Origin: Dendrobates tinctorius
Lineage: Eukaryota
Length of the DNA: 64,000 bases
Direction: 5' to 3'
NCBI RefSeq assembly: GCF_039654945.1
Contig: NW_027361673.1
Coordinates: forward strand, 11,594,001-11,658,000
Part shown: positions 40,650 through 55,502 of the stretch, piece after piece
Layout of the letters: every line of letters starts with the position of its first letter
Position numbering within the stretch: the first letter of the stretch is position 1
Position numbers and translations under genes: made by a program
The notes under the pieces: generated by a model
Database searches by the model: none
What the model saw: the letters and a program-made list of their open reading frames with translations, nothing else
What the model was told of the DNA's origin: nothing

Positions 40650-42193
40650 CACTGGGTGCAGAATTATTACACAAATGAGTATTTTGATTACATCATTCTT
40701 TTTATACATGTTGTCCTACTCCAAGCTGTATAGGCTTGAAAGCCAACTGCCAATTATGTAAATCAGGTGATTTGCATCTCTGTAATGTGGTCTAATGACA
40801 TCAAAACCCTATAAAAGGTGTGCTTAATTATTAGGCAACTTCCTTTCCTTTGGCAAAATGGGTCAGAAGAGAGACTCTGAAAAGTCAGAAATTGTGAGAT
40901 GTCTTGCAGAGGGATGCAGCAGTCTTGAAATTACCAAACTTTTGAAGCGTGATCACTGAACAATCAAGCGTTTCATGGCAAATATCCAACAGGGTTGCAA
41001 GAAGCGTGTTGATAAAAAAAGGCGCAAAATAACTGCCCATGAATTGAGGAAAATCAAGCGTGAAGCTGCCAAGATGCCATTTGCCACCAGTTTTGACATA
41101 TTTCAGAGCTGCAACGTTACTGGAGTATCAAAAAGCACAAGGTGTGCCCCACTCAGGGACATGGCCAAGGTAAGGAAGGCTGAAAAATGACCACCTTTCA
41201 ACAAGAAACATAAGATAAAAAGTCAACACTGGGCCAAGAAATATCTTAAGACTGATTTTTCTAAGGTTTTATGGACTGAAATGAGAGCGACTCTTGATTG
41301 GCCTGATGGATGGGCCCGAGGCTGGATCAGTAAAGGGTAGAGAGCTCCACTCCGGCTCAGACGCCAGCAAGGTGGAGGTGGGGTACTGGTATGGGCTGGT
41401 ATCATCAAAGATGAACTTGTGGGACCTTTTTGGGTTGAGGATGGCGTGAAGCTCTACTTCCAGACCTACTGGCAGTTTCTGGAAGACACCTTCTTCAAGC
41501 AGTGGTACAGGAAGAAGTCGGTATCGTTGAAGAAAAACATGATTTTCATGCAGGACAATGCTCCATCACATGCATCCAAATACTCCACAACGTGGCTGGC
41601 CAGTAAAGGTCTAAAAGAAGAAAGAATAATGACATGGCCCCCTTGTTCACCTGATCTGAACCCCATAGAGAACCTGTGGTCCCTCATAAAATGTGAGATC
41701 TACAGGGAGAGAAAACAGTACACCTCTCCGAACAGTGTTTGGGAGTCTGTGGTGGCTGCTACACGCAATGTTGTTCGTAAATAGATCAAGCAACTGATAG
41801 AATCTATGGATGGAAGGCTTTTGAGTGTCATCGTAAAGAAAGGTAGCTATATTGGTCACTTATTTTTTTATTGTTTTGTTTTTGAATGTCAGAAATGTTT
41901 ATTTCTAAATTTTGTGTTGCTCTATTGGTTTACCTGGTGAAAATAAACAAGTGAGATGGGTATATATTTGGTTTTTATTAAGTTGCCTAATAATTCTGCA
42001 CAGTAATCGTTACCTGCACAAACAGATATCCTCCTAAGATGGCCAAATCTAAAAAAAAAACCCACTCCAACTTCCAAAAATATTAAGCTTTGATATCTAT
42101 GAGTCTTTTGGGTTGATTGAGAACATAGTTGTTATTCAACAATAAAAAAGAATCCTTTCAAATACAACTTGTCTAATAATTCTGCACACGGTG
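40650..42193 (+). mobile_element. Tc1-like transposon of DD37E (TRT) type with a decayed transposase (~40858-41860)
   Basis: TA-CACTGGGTGCAGAATTATT...AATAATTCTGCACACGGTG-TA; 37 residues between the D of QDNAPSH and the E of SPDLNPIE. Confidence 0.9.
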
Positions 42194-42666
42194 TATATCC
42201 AGCAATATTAAAGTATTGCTGTATACACTACAAGCGATTAGATGATTGCAAGTTCAAGTCCCATAAGGGGACTAACAAATATAGAAAAAAGTAAAAAAAA
42301 AATGGAAAAATGTAAAAAAAACCCCATAAAAGTTAAAATCACTCCTTTTCGCCCACTAAAAATAGATATTATAAAATATATACATATTTGTTATCACCGC
42401 ATTCAGAAAAGTCCAATCTACTGAAATATAAAATTAATGAATCCAACTGGTAAACACAGGACACAAAAAAAAATTTGAAACACCAAAATATCGACTTTTT
42501 GGTCCCACAATGCTGCAATAATATGCAAAAAGAAGAAATGAAACTGTCATTTCAATATAGCATCAATAAAAAAAATCAATTTGCCCCATGAAAAACATGC
42601 CCTCACACAGCTCTATCGTCTAAAAAATGAAAACGTTACGGGTCTCAGAAAATGGTGACACGATCA

Positions 42667-43068
<402 letters not shown>

Positions 43069-43481
43069 TCAAACTATATTAAAATACATTTCATCCTAAA
43101 GGAAAGGGTGATATTTCTTTACTGCCCCCACTTACATTTCTCTCCACCTATGGAACTGCAAAACCAACCCAATAACCTTGTTGCATGGTCCTAGACAATA
43201 TAAGGAACTTTTTTAATTAGCCCACCATCCACCTGAGTAATAGGCTGTGTCTCCAAACATATATATATCCAGAATCAAAAGTTATTCATCCATCTTTCCT
43301 CTAAGAGCCCAAAAAGGACTCAAGAATCAGGCCTTGAAAAACCTGATGGAACAATTAAATTTAAGTTGTAACCATTTTTAATATGCATAAAAAGTCATAA
43401 TTTATGCATCTGACATGAGACAGCTGACACATTGGTCTTCCTCTCTTTTCTATAATTGACCTACGCTCCATTTATTGTCTA

Positions 43482-43784
<303 letters not shown>

Positions 43785-44373
43785 CTATAACAAACACATA
43801 AAGGATATATCATCTGAAAATCAGGCATACAAATTGTGGGAAACACAAGAATGATGAAAGTGTTTAATTCCTTCAGTAGTACATGGATATAAAAATGGAG
43901 CTCATATGCACCGACGCCATCACAGTGACCGGAGTTATTCCTGCTGCGGACTTTTCATTACCACCTGTGGTGTTTCTGCCTATTATTTATTAGCATTGTG
44001 CTCTTTCACATATGTTATGCAGCCCATGTACTTTATTTTTCTTTACTTGATACACCTAAGAAATAAGTTTCTCCATCCTTTGTGATACTATTAATGCACT
44101 TTGGCTAATTAGAATTAGGCTTTGGTTTATTGATCATGTCAGTAGTCTCTGGCCAATAGACGGGAAGTTTACAAATCTCTTACTTTAAGGAATTATCAGT
44201 GCGACTTTTGGTTATCATCATTGCGGTGTGTCGTACAGATGACGTCTTATCAGATCGGCTAATTAAAAGCCGTACTGGGGATCCTGGAAGACAATAGATT
44301 CGCTAGCCTCCTATCCAGAAGTCAGTGCAGAGACAACAGCTTTCTAATGAAGCAAAGTTCCATTAATTAGTTA

Positions 44374-44409
<36 letters not shown>

Positions 44410-44529
44410 GTCTATCTATCTATCTGTCTGTCTATCTATCATCTACAGATAAAACCAGAAGTTTACATGCACTATATAAGAAAACATGTATGCAAGTTTT
44501 CCTCAATATCTGACATGAAATCAGAATAA

Positions 44530-44789
44530 GAGTCAGTGATAAGCGGTCATAGAGGAGCGCTTAGGAAGCAACCCAGGGGCAGACAAGGATGTCAGGTCTC
44601 CACCGCAGCTCCAGCCGAAAACCTCCAATGGAGGATAGGAGCAATGAGAAAATGGAAACGGTCTTAGGAGCACAGGAAAGAGACTTCCACCTGATGAAGA
44701 CGGATCCTCCGTCGAAACGCGTTGAGGTTTAAACCCATCTCTTGTCTGAGTCTCTTTCCTGCGCTCCTAAGACCGTTTCCAATTTCTCA
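44530..44789 (+). mobile_element. Penelope-like retro-insertion with an inverted segment and a hammerhead motif
   Basis: 15-bp TSD ATGAAATCAGAATAA (44515-44529, 44790-44804); 41-bp inverted arms at 44645-44685 and 44749-44789. Confidence 0.7.
44686..44728 (+). ncRNA. Minimal type-I hammerhead ribozyme-like motif
   Basis: CTGATGA-A, stem II GACGG/CCGTC, GAAA, palindromic ACGCGT stem III, GTT triplet; weak stem I CCAC/GAGG. Confidence 0.55.
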
Positions 44790-44944
44790 ATGAAATCAGA
44801 ATAAAGCTTTCCTGTTTTAGGTCAATTAGGATTATTAAAATTATTACTATTTGCCAAATGACAGAATAATGAGAGAGAGAGAATGTTTTAAGGCATTTTT
44901 ATTACTTCATGCAAAGTCAAAAGTTTACATACATTTCATTAGTA

Positions 44945-45571
44945 AAATAAAAAACTGAGCCGGAATATGACTTGGATAACATGCATGATGTAAAAGCATG
45001 TTCACACTGGCCATGGAAACAAACAAAACCTGGACCCGGTGACTCTGCCACAATTCACACTGGGTAGGTTTTAACATTAGAGAGTGCAGGTACTGTCATA
45101 ATTTGGGTATACCTTGTCTTGGTGGGACAGCTTTGTACTTTTTTTTTAATCAAAAACAGTGTTTACTAAGTACCCTATGTTAATTATTTAATGCACTTGC
45201 TTTTTTACTTATTTATTTTCATTAGGGTATATGCCCACATTGTCTTTTCTTTGGTTTTGTTTGTTTCCATGGCAAGTGTGAACATGTTTTACATCATGCA
45301 TGTTATCCAAGTCATACTCCAGATCAGTTTTTTTTAGTCCCTCCAAAGCTGGGCGTCCGGTCGGGACCTGGTGACTCTCTGCCAAAATTCACACTGGGTA
45401 GGTTTCAACATTAGAGCGTGTAGGTACTGTCCCAATTTGAGTACACCTTGTCGCGGTGGGACAGCTTTATGCTTTTTTTTTAAATCAAAAACAGTGTTTA
45501 CTAAGTACCCTATGTTAATTATTTAATGCACTTGCTTTTTTACTTATTTATTTTCTTTAGGGTATATGCAC
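44945..45571. mobile_element. Unclassified retro-insertion: inverted piece plus partial tandem repeat
   Basis: 14-bp near-TSD ACATTT(C/T)ATTAGTA; 44950-45030 inverted relative to 45253-45333; 45033-45241 repeated at 45365-45576. Confidence 0.65.
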
Positions 45572-45654
45572 ACATTTTATTAGTATTTGGTACCTTTGCG
45601 TTAAACTGAATGACTTGGGTCAAACGTTTTGGAAATCCTTCCACAAGCTTCTCA

Positions 45655-46071
<417 letters not shown>

Positions 46072-46743
46072 TCACTTTTTCCTCCAAACATAACGATGGA
46101 CGTTGTGCCCAAAAAGTTCAATTTTAGTTTCATCAAACCTCAGGACATGTCTCCAAAAATTAAATCCTTTGCACACATTAATTTGGCTTTTCTATGTTTC
46201 TTTTGGAGTAATGGCTTCTTCCTGGCAGAGTGGCCTTTCAGCCCATGTTTATACATTACTGTGGATAATGACACAATCTTACCAGCTTCCGCCATCATCT
46301 TCACAAGGTCTTTTGCATTTGTCCTTGGGTTGATATGCACATATTGGACCAACGCACGTTCATCTCTGGGACACAGAACCCGTCTCCTTCTTGAGCGGTA
46401 TGATGGCTGGACATTCCTATCTTGTTTGTACTTGCGTACAATTGTTTGCACAGATGAATGAGGAACCTTCAGGTATCTTGAAATTGTACCCAAGGATGAG
46501 CCAGACTTATGAAAGTCCACAATTCTCTTCCTGATATCTTGACTTATTTCTTAAGAATTTTCCATGATGCTACACAAAGAAGGAATGTGTTTCAGGTGTG
46601 CATTAAAGTACATCCACAGGTGTGTCTCTAATTAACTCAGATGTTGCAAAAAAAAAACCAACTATTAGAAGCTTCCAAACACATGACATCATCATATAGG
46701 CAGTCCAGAATTATTTAAAGGCATACTAATCTTAGTGTATGTA

Positions 46744-47015
46744 CAGTTGTGCTCAAAAGTTTACATTCCCCGGCAGAATTTTTGCTTTGAGGCCAAAATC
46801 ACCAGGGTATGTAAACTTTTGATCAGGGTCATTTGGATGTTTTGGGTTGTCATTATGATTCAAAAAGAGAAAACACATTAGTTTGACAATAAATGGCTTC
46901 ACCCAACCACTAACCACGAGTGGAGAAAAAGTTTTAGTGTTATCATCCATATTCTCTGAAAAAAGGCCAAAAAAGCAAAAATTCTGCCATGGTAAGTAAA
47001 TTTTTAGTACAACTG
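46744..47015. mobile_element. 272-bp non-autonomous Tc1-like element
   Basis: TA-CAGTTGTGCTCAAAAGTTTAC...GTAAATTTTTAGTACAACTG-TA, inserted in the inner direct repeat of the host Tc1. Confidence 0.85.
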
Positions 47016-47215
47016 TAAACTTTTGACTTTGTAGTAAGTAATACAAATGCCTTAAACATTCTCTCTCTCATTATTCTGGCATTTGGCAAATATTAATAAT
47101 TATGGTAATCCTAATTGACCTAAAACAGGAAAGGTTTATTCTGATTTCATGTCAGATACTGAGAAAAACATGCATATGTGTCTTTTTATAGTATATGTAA
47201 ACTTCTGGTTTCAAC

Positions 47216-47260
<45 letters not shown>

Positions 47261-48424
47261 TTATCTATTGCATATGCACTTTACTTATTTATCTATTATA
47301 TGTTAGTTTGGCATATATTTTATTATATACACTAAATTGTTATTATCAATCATCATCATTATTATTTTACTTATTCATATCTAATACATATTGGCATTAT
47401 ATTGAGGTATTATCCACTTACGGTACTTAAGTGCATACCTATATATTCCTTTTATTATATTACTTTTTTCAATACAATACTACCACCATTTATATAATGT
47501 ATGATTTATCTTTTGATGCTCCACCACTGGTCCCCGTGGATGTCGTTTTCATCATTCTCTGCGGTCTATTTTTTAATATCATATTTTTATATAATGTCTA
47601 ATAATTATTTTTTATTTATATAGCGCCATTAATTCCATGGTGCTGTACATGAGAAGGGGGGTTACATACAAAGTTATAGATATCGTTAACAGTAAACAAG
47701 TAACAATTAATAAGGATTAATTATTACTTTGGTGCTGACGACCCTCATTTTCATATACATGTAGGTGAATTTTGAGTTATGTAATCTACAGCTAATATAC
47801 ATTATTAATTTAATTTTCTATTTGACATATTTACCTTCATGTACATTTATTGCTCTCCACTGTGTTGGCTTCCGCCAGCAGTACACAATTCCCTAAAATG
47901 TCATACTACAGCAAGTACGTCAACCAGCCATGTGCCATGCTCTCTGTATTAAGGGCAGGTGCACCAACTGTTTTCACTCCATCCGAGAAAATCGATCCAA
48001 TTATGCTGATCAGACTCTGATCAGAGCTGGAACAGAATGGAATCAGGTTTTTTTGGAGATGGAGAGAAAAAAAACGTTACTCCACCTTCTCCATTCTGTT
48101 GGTCAGTGTATACCGGACCGCGCTCGGAGGGTCATTTGAAGGTGGTTTGATGTTTTCATTGGACCCATAGACTTTCATAGCCAATTTTGATCTGACGATC
48201 AGAAGAAAATTGGCATGTCACCGTTTTTTACTTCGGACCACTCAGTTCAAGGAAAAAATAGGTGATATGCACAGAAACACAGAATAAGATTGGTTAAAAC
48301 TGCAAATAGCACTCACCCAATATAAACAGCTGCGTGCACCTACCCTGGGGCTCAGTAAATCCCAAGCACTTGCCCTGGGGCTCAGTAAATCACCAGCACC
48401 TGCCAATATGACATTTTTACTTAC

Positions 48425-48630
48425 CAGAAATTTTCTCTTCTGTTTCCAGTGACTTCCCTGTGCATTGGTGGCCACATGAGCTTCAGTGACCACCTGAATG
48501 AGCTCCCACTCTTCTGCTGTTGGTTCAGGCCTCTGTACCAATGTTTTCTGCAGTTCATCCTTGCGCCTCTTTTCTCTGTTTTCTTCTATTAGCTTTCTTT
48601 TCGCCAAACGCTTGCTGTCATCCAAAACCA
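48425..48630 (-). CDS. thrb: thrb coding exon (hinge)
   Basis: (L)[22 protein letters not shown]...HWKQKRKFL; AG/GT boundaries; 206 nt. Confidence 0.98.
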
Positions 48631-48964
48631 CTTAAAAAGAATGAACATACATATCAATAAGTATCCTGAAGCTATTTTTAATGTTTGACGCTATATGGAT
48701 CATCGTTCCGAGGATGAGTGGCAGGAAGGTGAGATGGAACATCAGTGTTTAGCAAACATAAGCTTTACTTTAAGCTGACTACGTGGGTCACGCTAAATAA
48801 ATATCACCCGAAAATACATCTGGATGTAATTCAACAGTAACTTTTAATCTGGTAAAATGACCTTGTACTATGCATTTATACAAGATATAACCAGTATCAA
48901 TAAATGCAGAACGGGAAACAACACAAAATCATTCATACCACATTATACTTCAGTTTCAAGTATA

Positions 48965-50661
48965 CAACCCCTGGCAAAAATTATGGAATCTCCGGCCTTG
49001 GAGGATGTTCATTCAGTTGTTTAATTTTGTGGAAAAAAAGCAGATCACAGACATGACACAAAACTAAAGTCAATTCAAATGGCAACTTTCTGGCTTTAAG
49101 AAACACTAAAAGAAATCAAGAACAAAAAATGTGGTAGACAGTAATGGTTACTTTTTTAGACCAAGCAGAGGGGAAAAATTATGGAATCACTCAATTCTGA
49201 GGGAAAAAATTATGGAATCACCCTATAAATTTTCATTCCCAAAACTAACACCTGCATCAAATTAGATCTGCTTGTTAGTCTGCATCTAAAAAGGAGTGAT
49301 CACACCTTGGAGAGCTGTTGCACCAAGTGGACTGACATGAATCATGGCTCCAACATGAGAGATGTCAATTGAAACAAAGGAGAGGATTATCAAACTCTTA
49401 AAAGACAATAAATCATCACACAATGTTGCAAAAGATGTTGGTTGTTCACAGTCAGCTGTGTCTAAAATCTGGACCAAATACAAACAACATGGGAAGGTTG
49501 TTAAAGGCAAACATACTGGTAGACCAAGGAAGACATCAAAGCGTCAAGACCGGAAACTTAAAGCAATATGTCTCCAAAACAGGAAATGCACAACAAAATA
49601 AATGAGGAACGAATGGGAGGAAACTGGAGTCAACGTCTTTGACCGAAATGTAAGAAACTGTCTAAAGGAAATGGGATTTACATACAGAAAAGCTAAACAA
49701 AAGCCATCATTAACACCTAAACAGAAAAAAACAAGGTTACAATGGGCTAAGGAAAAGCAATTGTGGACTGTGGATGACTGGATGAAAGTCATATTCAGTG
49801 ATGAATCGCGAATCTGCATTGGGCAAGGTGATGATGCTGGAACTTTTGTTTGGTGCTGTTCCAATGAGATTTATAAAGATGACTGCCTGAAGAGAACATG
49901 CAAATTTCCACAGTCATTGATGATATGGGGCTGCATGTCAGGTAAAGGCACTGGGGATATGGCTGTCATTACATCTTCAGTAAATGCACAAGTTTATGTT
50001 GATATTTTGGAAACTTTTCTTATCCCATCAATTGAAAGGATATTTGGGGATGATGAAATCATTTTTCAAGATGATAATGCATCCTGCCATAGAGCAAAAA
50101 CTGTGTAAACATTCCTTGAAAAAAGACACATAAGGTCAATGTCATGGCCTGCAAATAGTCCGGATCTCAATCCAATTGAAAATCTTTGGTGGAAGTTGAA
50201 GAAAATGGACCATGACGAGGCTCCAACCTGCAAAGCTGATCTGGCAGCAGCAATCAGAGAAAGTTGGAGTCAGATTGATGAAGAGTACTGTTTGACACTC
50301 ATTAAGTCCATGCGTCAGAGACTGCAAGCTGTTATAAAAGCCAGAGGTGGTGCAACAAAATACTAGTGATGTGTTGGAGTGTTTTTTTGTTGGTTTGTTT
50401 TTCATGATTCCATAATTTTTTTCCCACAGAATTGAGTGACTCCATAATTTTTCCCCTATGCTTGGTTTAAAAAAGTAACCATTACTGGCTACCACATTTT
50501 TTGTTCTTGATTTCTTTTAGTGTTTCTTAAAGCCAGAAAGTTGCCATTTGCATTGACTTTAGTTTTGTGCCATGTCTGTGATCTGCTTTTTTTCTACAAA
50601 ATTAAACAACTGAATGAACATCCTGCAAGGCCGGTGATTCCATAATTTTTGCCAGGGGTTG
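48965..50661 (+). mobile_element. Full-length Tc1-like (DD34E) transposon with long TIRs
   Basis: TA-CAACCCCTGGCAAAAATTATGGAATC...GATTCCATAATTTTTGCCAGGGGTTG-TA; internal AATTATGGAATCA direct repeats. Confidence 0.95.
49344..50366 (+). pseudogene. Tc1 transposase with three nonsense codons and no frameshift
   Basis: GRPRK, FSDES, QDDNASCH-34-E; stops at 49356, 49599 and 50106. Confidence 0.92.
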
Positions 50662-51349
50662 TATTATCTGCACTTTAAAGCGCTTGTCCTATGACTAACT
50701 ATTACCTTTGCACAAAAACTACCAAATTGCAATTGGAATAATTGAAAAAAACTTTTCTTTTTTAAATATTTCCGTTGGTGTTTTATTGACTCCCTCTCAG
50801 AACGTTCCCCTGATATGTTCAGTCCTGGCGGGGAGAAGCTGCTTCTTTCCATTTTAGGCTGGACAACTCCTTTTACTATTTAGCGTGAAGTATGGTTTAT
50901 TCATGATTGCATTTGTATATAAAAGTTGCAAAAAGGTTTCATAGTCTAGACAGCTCATTGCTACCATAAAAAGGTGTGTAACAAATACATTTATGCTACA
51001 ACCATTTTTAATATGCATAAAAAGGCACAACATTGTAAATTAGTGGGCTACATTTGACACACGGCGATCTTGCTCCTATCTAACATTGGGAAGTGGGCTA
51101 TCATGATTACAAACATGCATTTGTGCCAAATTTAACATTATGGTGAAATATTTAATAAATATGGAGAGGTGAAGTTGAAGTAAGTAAACCAAATATTTGG
51201 CGCACACCATTTTTGCTCATAAATGTAGGTCACTATGAGCCCCAAAATAATATAAGTGACAGTATAACAAGTGTGTAAAAGCAATAACTGGACACAATAG
51301 ACACAAAAGGATTTTTAAAAAATAATTTCAATTAAAAAAATTTTATTTT

Positions 51350-51854
51350 GTGTGAATCAGTCAGCAGGATTTTCTTCCCTCTCTCTCCTAAACTATTTGT
51401 ATGTGCGTGTAGCTCTTTGAAACACAAGTATAGTAACACCATTACATGGCCAGTCCATTCCTCCAATAATGAGAAATAAGCATTTGAATTATTATGCAAA
51501 TGAGTCTGAAGTCCTATTTGTAGATCTGATGCCTCTGTCACTCCAGCTCTATTCCCCGTTCAGTGCTGCCTACTCCTGCTTTTCTGACAGCCTCTACCCT
51601 GTGAGAGTTCAGGTAAAGAAGCCATCAGTCAAGCAGGAGGAGTCAGTGTTGGGCGGGGAGTAGAGCTGGAGTAACAGAAGCTTCAGACCTACAAATTGTT
51701 CTTCAACCTCATTGCATATCAATTCAAATGCTGATTTCTCAGTAACGAGGAACGGACTGGCCATGTAAAGGTATTGTTGGACTTGTATCTAAAAGGGCTA
51801 TATGGGTAAATAAGTAGTTTGAGGGGTGAAATTCTGCAGACAGATTACCTTTAA
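51350..51854. mobile_element. Kolobok/T2-type palindromic MITE
   Basis: Inverted arms TTACATGGCCAGTCC/GGACTGGCCATGTAA; ends GACAGATTACCTTTAA. Confidence 0.65.
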
Positions 51855-53759
51855 AGTCACTAAAGTCTTTTTTTATGTTACCTTTACTTGGTTTTGGAAA
51901 ATCTCTTGTTTGGCTATAGGGTCGAGGTTTTGGTTACGCAGATGTTTTAGCCTAATTCTTTACCTACAATATTTTAGAAATGTGGCAAAATTTTGGTGCA
52001 GTTGTAATCCAGTCCCCCAGTGGAGTACAATTTTTTTTTGTTTGAACAGTTGAATTCTAAAGCCCCCCATACTATTTAGATAGCTGAGGGACAAATGATG
52101 GTTTCAAGCACTCCTGTGTTCTCTATGAGAAAACAAAAGAATCATCAGCCCAGCATTGGACATGCTGGATACTTATCTCCTTTGACATCATCTGTCAGGA
52201 AAGAATTGTGGGCCCCCATACACATTCAACTGTCGATCGAACCTGTCGATATCAGCAGGTTCAGCCGACGTTAATCTACAACATTTTAATACATGTTGAA
52301 AGGATTATGTGACTTTTACTCTGAAAAGGTACAAAAGGGCCAAAAATAAGCATGTTTCAATCCGTTGCAATTTATCAAGACAAAAAAAATATGAGATGAG
52401 TGGGGGCCTAGGTGCCTATGAATTCGTAACACAAAGCTGAAGGAACCTGTTTGTCTCCATGCATGCTCTCTGCAGTTTGCTGTATGCATACCACAGTGAC
52501 TACAGTAAAAAGATTGCATCAGGTGGCACGTCTGATTTTCAAATTAATAATTAAAAATTAATTATTAATTGTTAAAAACCACAGTTTTACAGGTTTACAG
52601 GGGTTGTCCATTACATTTTTGACTATGCACCTAAAAGCAATCAGGAAGGAAGCTGCTAATATACCTGCCTGTTCTCCCCGATGCCGCCTCAGCTGCTCTT
52701 GCAGGCAATTTAGCTGTTCGACATCAACAGAACAGCTCTTCTTTTCCTGGGCTGTTATGTCAACAGGCCGTGACTGCAGACATCATGCTCAATTACAAAC
52801 GGCTGACGACAGTTAAGCAGCGAGGAGGCGGCTGTCAATCAGCATGACTTCAGCAGTCACATTCCGTCAACAGAACAGAGTGAAAGAGGAGCCACTTCTG
52901 CGCCAACGTGACGTCACCGAAATCCACAGAATCGCTGCAGGAGCGTTCTGTGACCTCTCTGAACTGGCAGAGATCAGGGCCGGGCACAACAGTCAGGTAG
53001 TTAGCCATTACTTAGTTCTTAGACCCATAGTAAAAAAAAAATTAAATAGTCCTGATAACCCCTTTAGCAATAATCTTGAGAACTATGGTGGCTTGCACGA
53101 CTGACCTGTGGCCACTATGTGGGGGTCGTAACCTTACATTTTACATTTGCAGACCTGACTTTTGAGTATAAATCACATTATACTGGAAAGAAAGGGCTGG
53201 GGAACATTAACAAGCTCCAGGTTCTGCCAATGAAGGGCATATGGAGCCGCTAAGATAAAACCAAAAGATGGAAAATGACAGTAATTTGAGATAGAATATG
53301 GTTTGAGCTTAATAATAAATGTGCACAATATGGTGAATGCAGTCCTACCAAATAGCGGGCAATTCATCAGTACAGTATTCCAGGAAACTGGGAAAGAATG
53401 GTTCCTCGGGACAGTGCCGTTCTCACTGGCAGAGCGGGGTCACGGCTGATAATTCACCCGTTTATTATTTAGTGAAATGCTTTAATTTCAGATTACAAAA
53501 TAGAGCCATTCATCGGCACAGCCTTGCTTTAGATAAAATGCAGATACCGTCTTTTTTTTTACATTTTCAGTAAAGGCCGGAGCACAGTGCGGTGATTGTC
53601 TAATTTGTTGCTTTTAGTGCTGTGCCATATAAAATTATAGCTAACACAAAAGCCGTACTGACATATCAGCTTCTGTCAAGCCAAAAATATACTGCATGTG
53701 ATCCTGGTGTATGACGTGATTCACATTGTTGTTTTAGGGACTTTATTGGACAGTATTCA

Positions 53760-53954
<195 letters not shown>

Positions 53955-54063
53955 CTATAGATCACAAAATTCACCATTACAATGCATAGATTATCCTTAT
54001 TGTGCCATTATTATATAAGTATGAGAGAAGTAGGTCACTTTGGTGCTCTTAAAACATCCTTAA

Positions 54064-54418
54064 AGGGATTGTCTAGTGAAAACAAGTTATCACCTATCTG
54101 CTAGATGACTGATAACTTGCAGATCGGTGCTTGTTCCATCGCTGGGACCTGCACCGCTCAGCAGATGGAGGAATTTTTATCTCCGATGGGGAGCTTCTAT
54201 TTCCATTACAAAATGGCGCGCCAGGTCGAACACCCGACTGCCACTTCAGTCCAATAGGCAATCAATGGAGCATGCGTATTGCCGCTCCTTTCTAACAGGG
54301 GTAAGAGTTCCCTAGTTCTGCTGATGAGTGCAGGACCCAGCCGACGGATTTCCACTGATTAACAAATTATCACCTATCTTGTGAACCACTGATAACTGGT
54401 TTTCACCAGAGAGCCCCT
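54064..54418. mobile_element. Kolobok/T2-type MITE
   Basis: TTAA-AGGGATTGTCTAGTGAAAACAAGTTATCA...TGATAACTGGTTTTCACCAGAGAGCCCCT-TTAA. Confidence 0.8.
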
Positions 54419-55308
54419 TTAAGCTTAGAAATATAACTGCTAATAGGGTATAAAAATGTAATAAAATACATTTGGTTGCATCACACATATCTTGGACAAG
54501 GTTCGCTACATGGCACTGCTGTATACCACAGCCTCAAATCATGCAGCCGCGGGGACTCGGAACATAATATACGAGCACGTTCAGATGCCTGGATAACGCT
54601 AAGCATGCTCAGATAAGATGTTATCTGAGCACGTTCATTCATCACTAGTAAGAATGGTGAAAAACACTTAAAATAATCATGAAACAATACAAGTGACCGA
54701 CTGGTACAAAAAGAGAGAGGACCCTGTCCCTGAGGGTTTGCAGTCTACAAGATTCCTCAACATGGCACCTGCCTGGTGAGCTCCTGAGATACATAGGGTT
54801 GTACCAAAGATATGAGGAACGGCTCACCGTTGTTGCCACAATGTTCAATTTGCAAACGATAGCTCCTTTTTTCTCTGATTCTTATTCAGAACTTACAAGT
54901 GTCAGTAAAAGAGCGGGGAAAGACTCACTTTTAAAAAAAAAAAAGGGGGTTTGCCAACTTCAGAGAACACCACCCATCACTAAACATCTGGGAAACACTG
55001 TTTGCATATTGCTCCCATCTCAAAAATGGAAAATTATAATTTCTTCTTGCAGAAATGTCACTTTTTAGGATTCTTTCACTAGACCGATATACATATTGTT
55101 TAACGTTTTTAATGATTGAAGGATAGTCCATAAATATCTAATAGATTGGGAATTACGCCTATGTTCACAGAGAGCAGTGCATACAAACGACTTTTCCATT
55201 CACACTGTCCACAAGACCTGAGTTTGGACCCTCTTTCTCGGGATCCAAGAAGTATCAATTCTCCTTGCGGAGAGTGGCATGTTAAGCATGCCAAGATGAG
55301 GAGACTGA

Positions 55309-55502
55309 GGGCTCATACTCACTTGCAAGAGACTCGCACGATTCTCGTACTAGTCTCGCATGAAAACCTGGCACTGCCGCCGGCAATTGGACCGGAGCAT
55401 GCGGCTGCATAGAAATACATGTAGCCGCAAGCTCCGGTCCGAGTACCGGTGGCAGTGCCAAGTTTTCAAACGTGCGAGTCTCTTGCAAGTGGGAATGAGC
55501 CC
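55309..55502. mobile_element. Harbinger-type palindromic MITE
   Basis: GGGCTCATACTCACTTGCAAGAGACTCGCACG...CGTGCGAGTCTCTTGCAAGTGGGAATGAGCCC. Confidence 0.8.
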
